IMG/VR virus record: IMGVR_UViG_3300023184_000125
Location: 1 to 62,370 of that record
From: a virus
Lineage: Duplodnaviria > Caudoviricetes
Strand: one strand, 5' to 3'
Length of the DNA: 62,370 nucleotides
The notes beneath the pieces are model-generated. The model did not search any database and was not told the DNA's origin. It saw only the letters and a list, made by a program, of their open reading frames with translations. Below are positions 59,894-62,370 of this stretch, in pieces; within the stretch, counting starts at the first letter, position 1; every line of letters starts with the position of its first letter. Made by a program: the position numbers and the translations under genes.

Positions 59894-60663
59894 ATTTTTA
59901 AAAATTTACTTTCAAGCTCTATTTCATTATATAATGGTTCAAGAAATTGTCCATAAGGTTTTCTCTTTATTAAATTTGAAAATATAAATTCATGCCAATT
60001 TTTATGATATGGTGTTTTTTCCCATAACGATGAATTATGTTTAGCTTCTACAGATGTTTCGTTCCAATTTAAGTCATGTTTTTCATGAGCTATAAAAAAA
60101 TCTTTGTTTTGTAATATACATTTACTAAAATTATACATTTTTAATGTAAAATCTACATCCCAAAGATGTTCTGCGTATACATAATCCTCAAATTTTTCAG
60201 AATTTTTAATCCACCAATCTTTTTTAACGCACCAACAATCAAATCCTGCTATTTCAATACGAAATGGTATTATTTTACTATTTAAATTATCTAAAGGATA
60301 TATATCATGTCTAGAGAATACCATAGTTTCAAAATCTGCATCTGATATTCGTTTAATTAACTTTTCGGATAATAATATGTCGCTGTTTAGGAATAAAAAA
60401 TAATCACAATTTTGGTTCGCTAACGTATTGAAAAAATCTTTAGCAATTGGTTTATTTGATATTGAATTTTTAATTACGTCCTTTGACTTTCGTATCAATA
60501 CTGGAAGATGTATAAAATTTTCATCTAAATTTTTTTCATCTTCAAACGTTATATTATATAAATCTATATATGAATATTTTGATTTTATTTTTTTTAAGAC
60601 TTCTATACATCTATTTTGTCTCGGATATGATTTAAATATATTAATTCCTAATGCTATTTTCAT
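59890..60663 (-). CDS. Putative GT-A glycosyltransferase
   Basis: FLNSDI, GFD, WD, H..H; located in the island. Confidence 0.6.
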   Translation of the reverse strand: MKIALGINIFKSYPRQNRCIEVLKKIKSKYSYIDLYNITFEDEKNLDENFIHLPVLIRKSKDVIKNSISNKPIAKDFFNTLANQNCDYFLFLNSDILLSEKLIKRISDADFETMVFSRHDIYPLDNLNSKIIPFRIEIAGFDCWCVKKDWWIKNSEKFEDYVYAEHLWDVDFTLKMYNFSKCILQNKDFFIAHEKHDLNWNETSVEAKHNSSLWEKTPYHKNWHEFIFSNLIKRKPYGQFLEPLYNEIELESKFLKI

Positions 60664-61450
60664 GTTTTAATCGTTTTAATGTATGCATAACCGTATCTCG
60701 GTCAACGTCTGGTATTTGGTTTATTGATGTATTATGTTTGTTTTTAAAAAAACTAAACGTTTGTGATACTAATTGTTGTCTGGATCCGTCTGGTCTTTCT
60801 GCTTGTAATCTACTTGTTGCGTTTGGGTTATTTTGAATGTAATCGTCTGAGTTATATATGTCAGCAAACCACCAAAAAGGAGTTGTCCATTTGTTTATTT
60901 TTGTTTCTCTATATGCCATATCAACGTCAAATGCGTTTCTCATCTCATCGACTGAATCATATAGTCCAACTTCTTTAAATGTATCATAATGATGATATGT
61001 AAATTCATTGCACATATTCATATATAAATTAACCTTTACGTTATTACCATAATCAACCATAGTTCTTGGTGTTCTTTCGTGTGGCGGTCCACACTCGCCG
61101 CCCATACTAACATATGAAAAATATTTAATACCCGATACTTTGGATGTTTTAACATATTCATTAAAAATGTTAGAATCTTTAATTATCATATCATCTTCTA
61201 TTAAGAAAATATGTTCACATTTTCTATTCATTAGATATGCGGCACAATCGTTTCTTGATTGCGCCGGATAGTGATTTTTTTTATGTTGAATCCAATCACA
61301 ATCATATTTTTCAGTATATTCATTTCCGCCATTAACAACTACTAGTTCATTAACAAATGATTTGTCTATGCTAGAATATAATGTTTTGAAATATTCTTCC
61401 GAATTATATGTTATAATCCCCACTCCTATTTTATCTTTAATGTATTCCAT
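60641..61450 (-). CDS. GT2-like glycosyltransferase (paralog 1)
   Basis: IGVGIITYN, VVVNG, FLIEDD, PFWWFAD. Confidence 0.8.
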   Translation of the reverse strand: MEYIKDKIGVGIITYNSEEYFKTLYSSIDKSFVNELVVVNGGNEYTEKYDCDWIQHKKNHYPAQSRNDCAAYLMNRKCEHIFLIEDDMIIKDSNIFNEYVKTSKVSGIKYFSYVSMGGECGPPHERTPRTMVDYGNNVKVNLYMNMCNEFTYHHYDTFKEVGLYDSVDEMRNAFDVDMAYRETKINKWTTPFWWFADIYNSDDYIQNNPNATSRLQAERPDGSRQQLVSQTFSFFKNKHNTSINQIPDVDRDTVMHTLKRLKHENSIRN

Positions 61451-62228
61451 TTTTTAATTTTTTTAAAATTTCTATTGTTTGTGTTTCATTTAGCCGTGGG
61501 ATCTCAAATATATCAATCCCATGTAATTTTTTAAAAATATCTCTCGCTTCATTAAAATATTTTTGAATAGTTTCTGGGTTTCTAACTTTAGAATCTGTAG
61601 TGAAATTACTTTGATTTTCAATCATATCCCAACTACCATATAGATCAGCAAACCACCAAAACGGAGTGGTTAATCCATGTTTATATGCTCTATATGTCAA
61701 TTCCAGATGATCGCCATGCCCCTTATTAAAATCTTTATGGTGTAATCCCACCGTTCGTAATGCTTTTTTAGTATAAAATGTAAACGCACCTAAAATATTT
61801 TCGGTTAGAACTAACTTAGCGTTTTTATATTCTACTGTTTTCTTCCAAATTGGTTTTAAATTTAAATCTAGATTCTCTCTTTGTGAGAATCCAAAATTAA
61901 AATGTTGAATTCCGCTTTCCTTTGACGCATTAATGTATTTTTCAAAAATTAATGGATCTTTTATGATTATATCATCTTCTAATGTGAATATATAATCACA
62001 ATTTAGATCTAAAAGATGAATCATAGCGTCATTTTTACTCTCACCTACGTTTTTATTGATATCGTGTTGTATCAAAGTACCAATTTTTATATCAAATGGT
62101 AATGGTTTACCATCATTAACAACAACTATATGATCTATTTTATCTAAAGGTAAAGAATCATAGCACTTTTTAAAAAAATCAGGTCTATTATACGTTATAA
62201 TACCGACTCCTATTTTACTTTTTTGCAT
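61437..62228 (-). CDS. GT2-like glycosyltransferase (paralog 2)
   Basis: IGVGIITYNR, VVVNDG, FTLEDD, PFWWFAD. Confidence 0.85.
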   Translation of the reverse strand: MQKSKIGVGIITYNRPDFFKKCYDSLPLDKIDHIVVVNDGKPLPFDIKIGTLIQHDINKNVGESKNDAMIHLLDLNCDYIFTLEDDIIIKDPLIFEKYINASKESGIQHFNFGFSQRENLDLNLKPIWKKTVEYKNAKLVLTENILGAFTFYTKKALRTVGLHHKDFNKGHGDHLELTYRAYKHGLTTPFWWFADLYGSWDMIENQSNFTTDSKVRNPETIQKYFNEARDIFKKLHGIDIFEIPRLNETQTIEILKKLKNGIH

Positions 62229-62370
62229 AATTTTTTTGTAATGTTTCTATATTTTTAAATAATTCATCAGAAGATACCGAAGCTGGATCATTTTGAGTTG
62301 GCACATACTTATGAGTATGCATAAAATATCCATATGATAGCTGTACTGATTTATCCGATTCAGGAAAATC
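62215..62370 (-). CDS. 3' end of a gene cut by the window edge, probably a third GT2-like paralog
   Basis: Open frame DFPESDKSVQLSYGYFMHTHKYVP...IETLQKNYAKK*; F..H..P spacing resembles the C-termini of the two paralogs. Confidence 0.5.
   Translation of the reverse strand, partial: DFPESDKSVQLSYGYFMHTHKYVPTQNDPASVSSDELFKNIETLQKNYAKK

Overview
AT-rich segment of a large T4-like (myovirus) phage genome in the standard genetic code, with no tRNA, rRNA or CRISPR array seen. From left to right it contains: (1) a class Id-type ribonucleotide reductase pair, an AAA ATPase, a PD-(D/E)xK exonuclease, PhoH and a free-standing GIY-YIG endonuclease; (2) a contractile-tail module (neck, sheath, tube, hub, tape measure, baseplate) that also holds a large terminase split into two genes by an atypically split intein in the Walker A motif; (3) a T4-like replication module (clamp, SSB, helicase, UvsX, PolB, gp46); (4) a glycosylation island of at least 16 kb that runs off the right edge. 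The best candidate for an undescribed system lies in that island: a tightly coupled operon of orphan RibB, kinase, nucleotidyltransferase, HAD phosphatase, an atypical transaldolase/FSA-family aldolase, a sugar methyltransferase and a glycosyltransferase. It looks like a pathway that builds and activates an unusual, possibly branched, sugar from a riboflavin precursor. All product calls come from motif recognition and gene order only; no database search was run.
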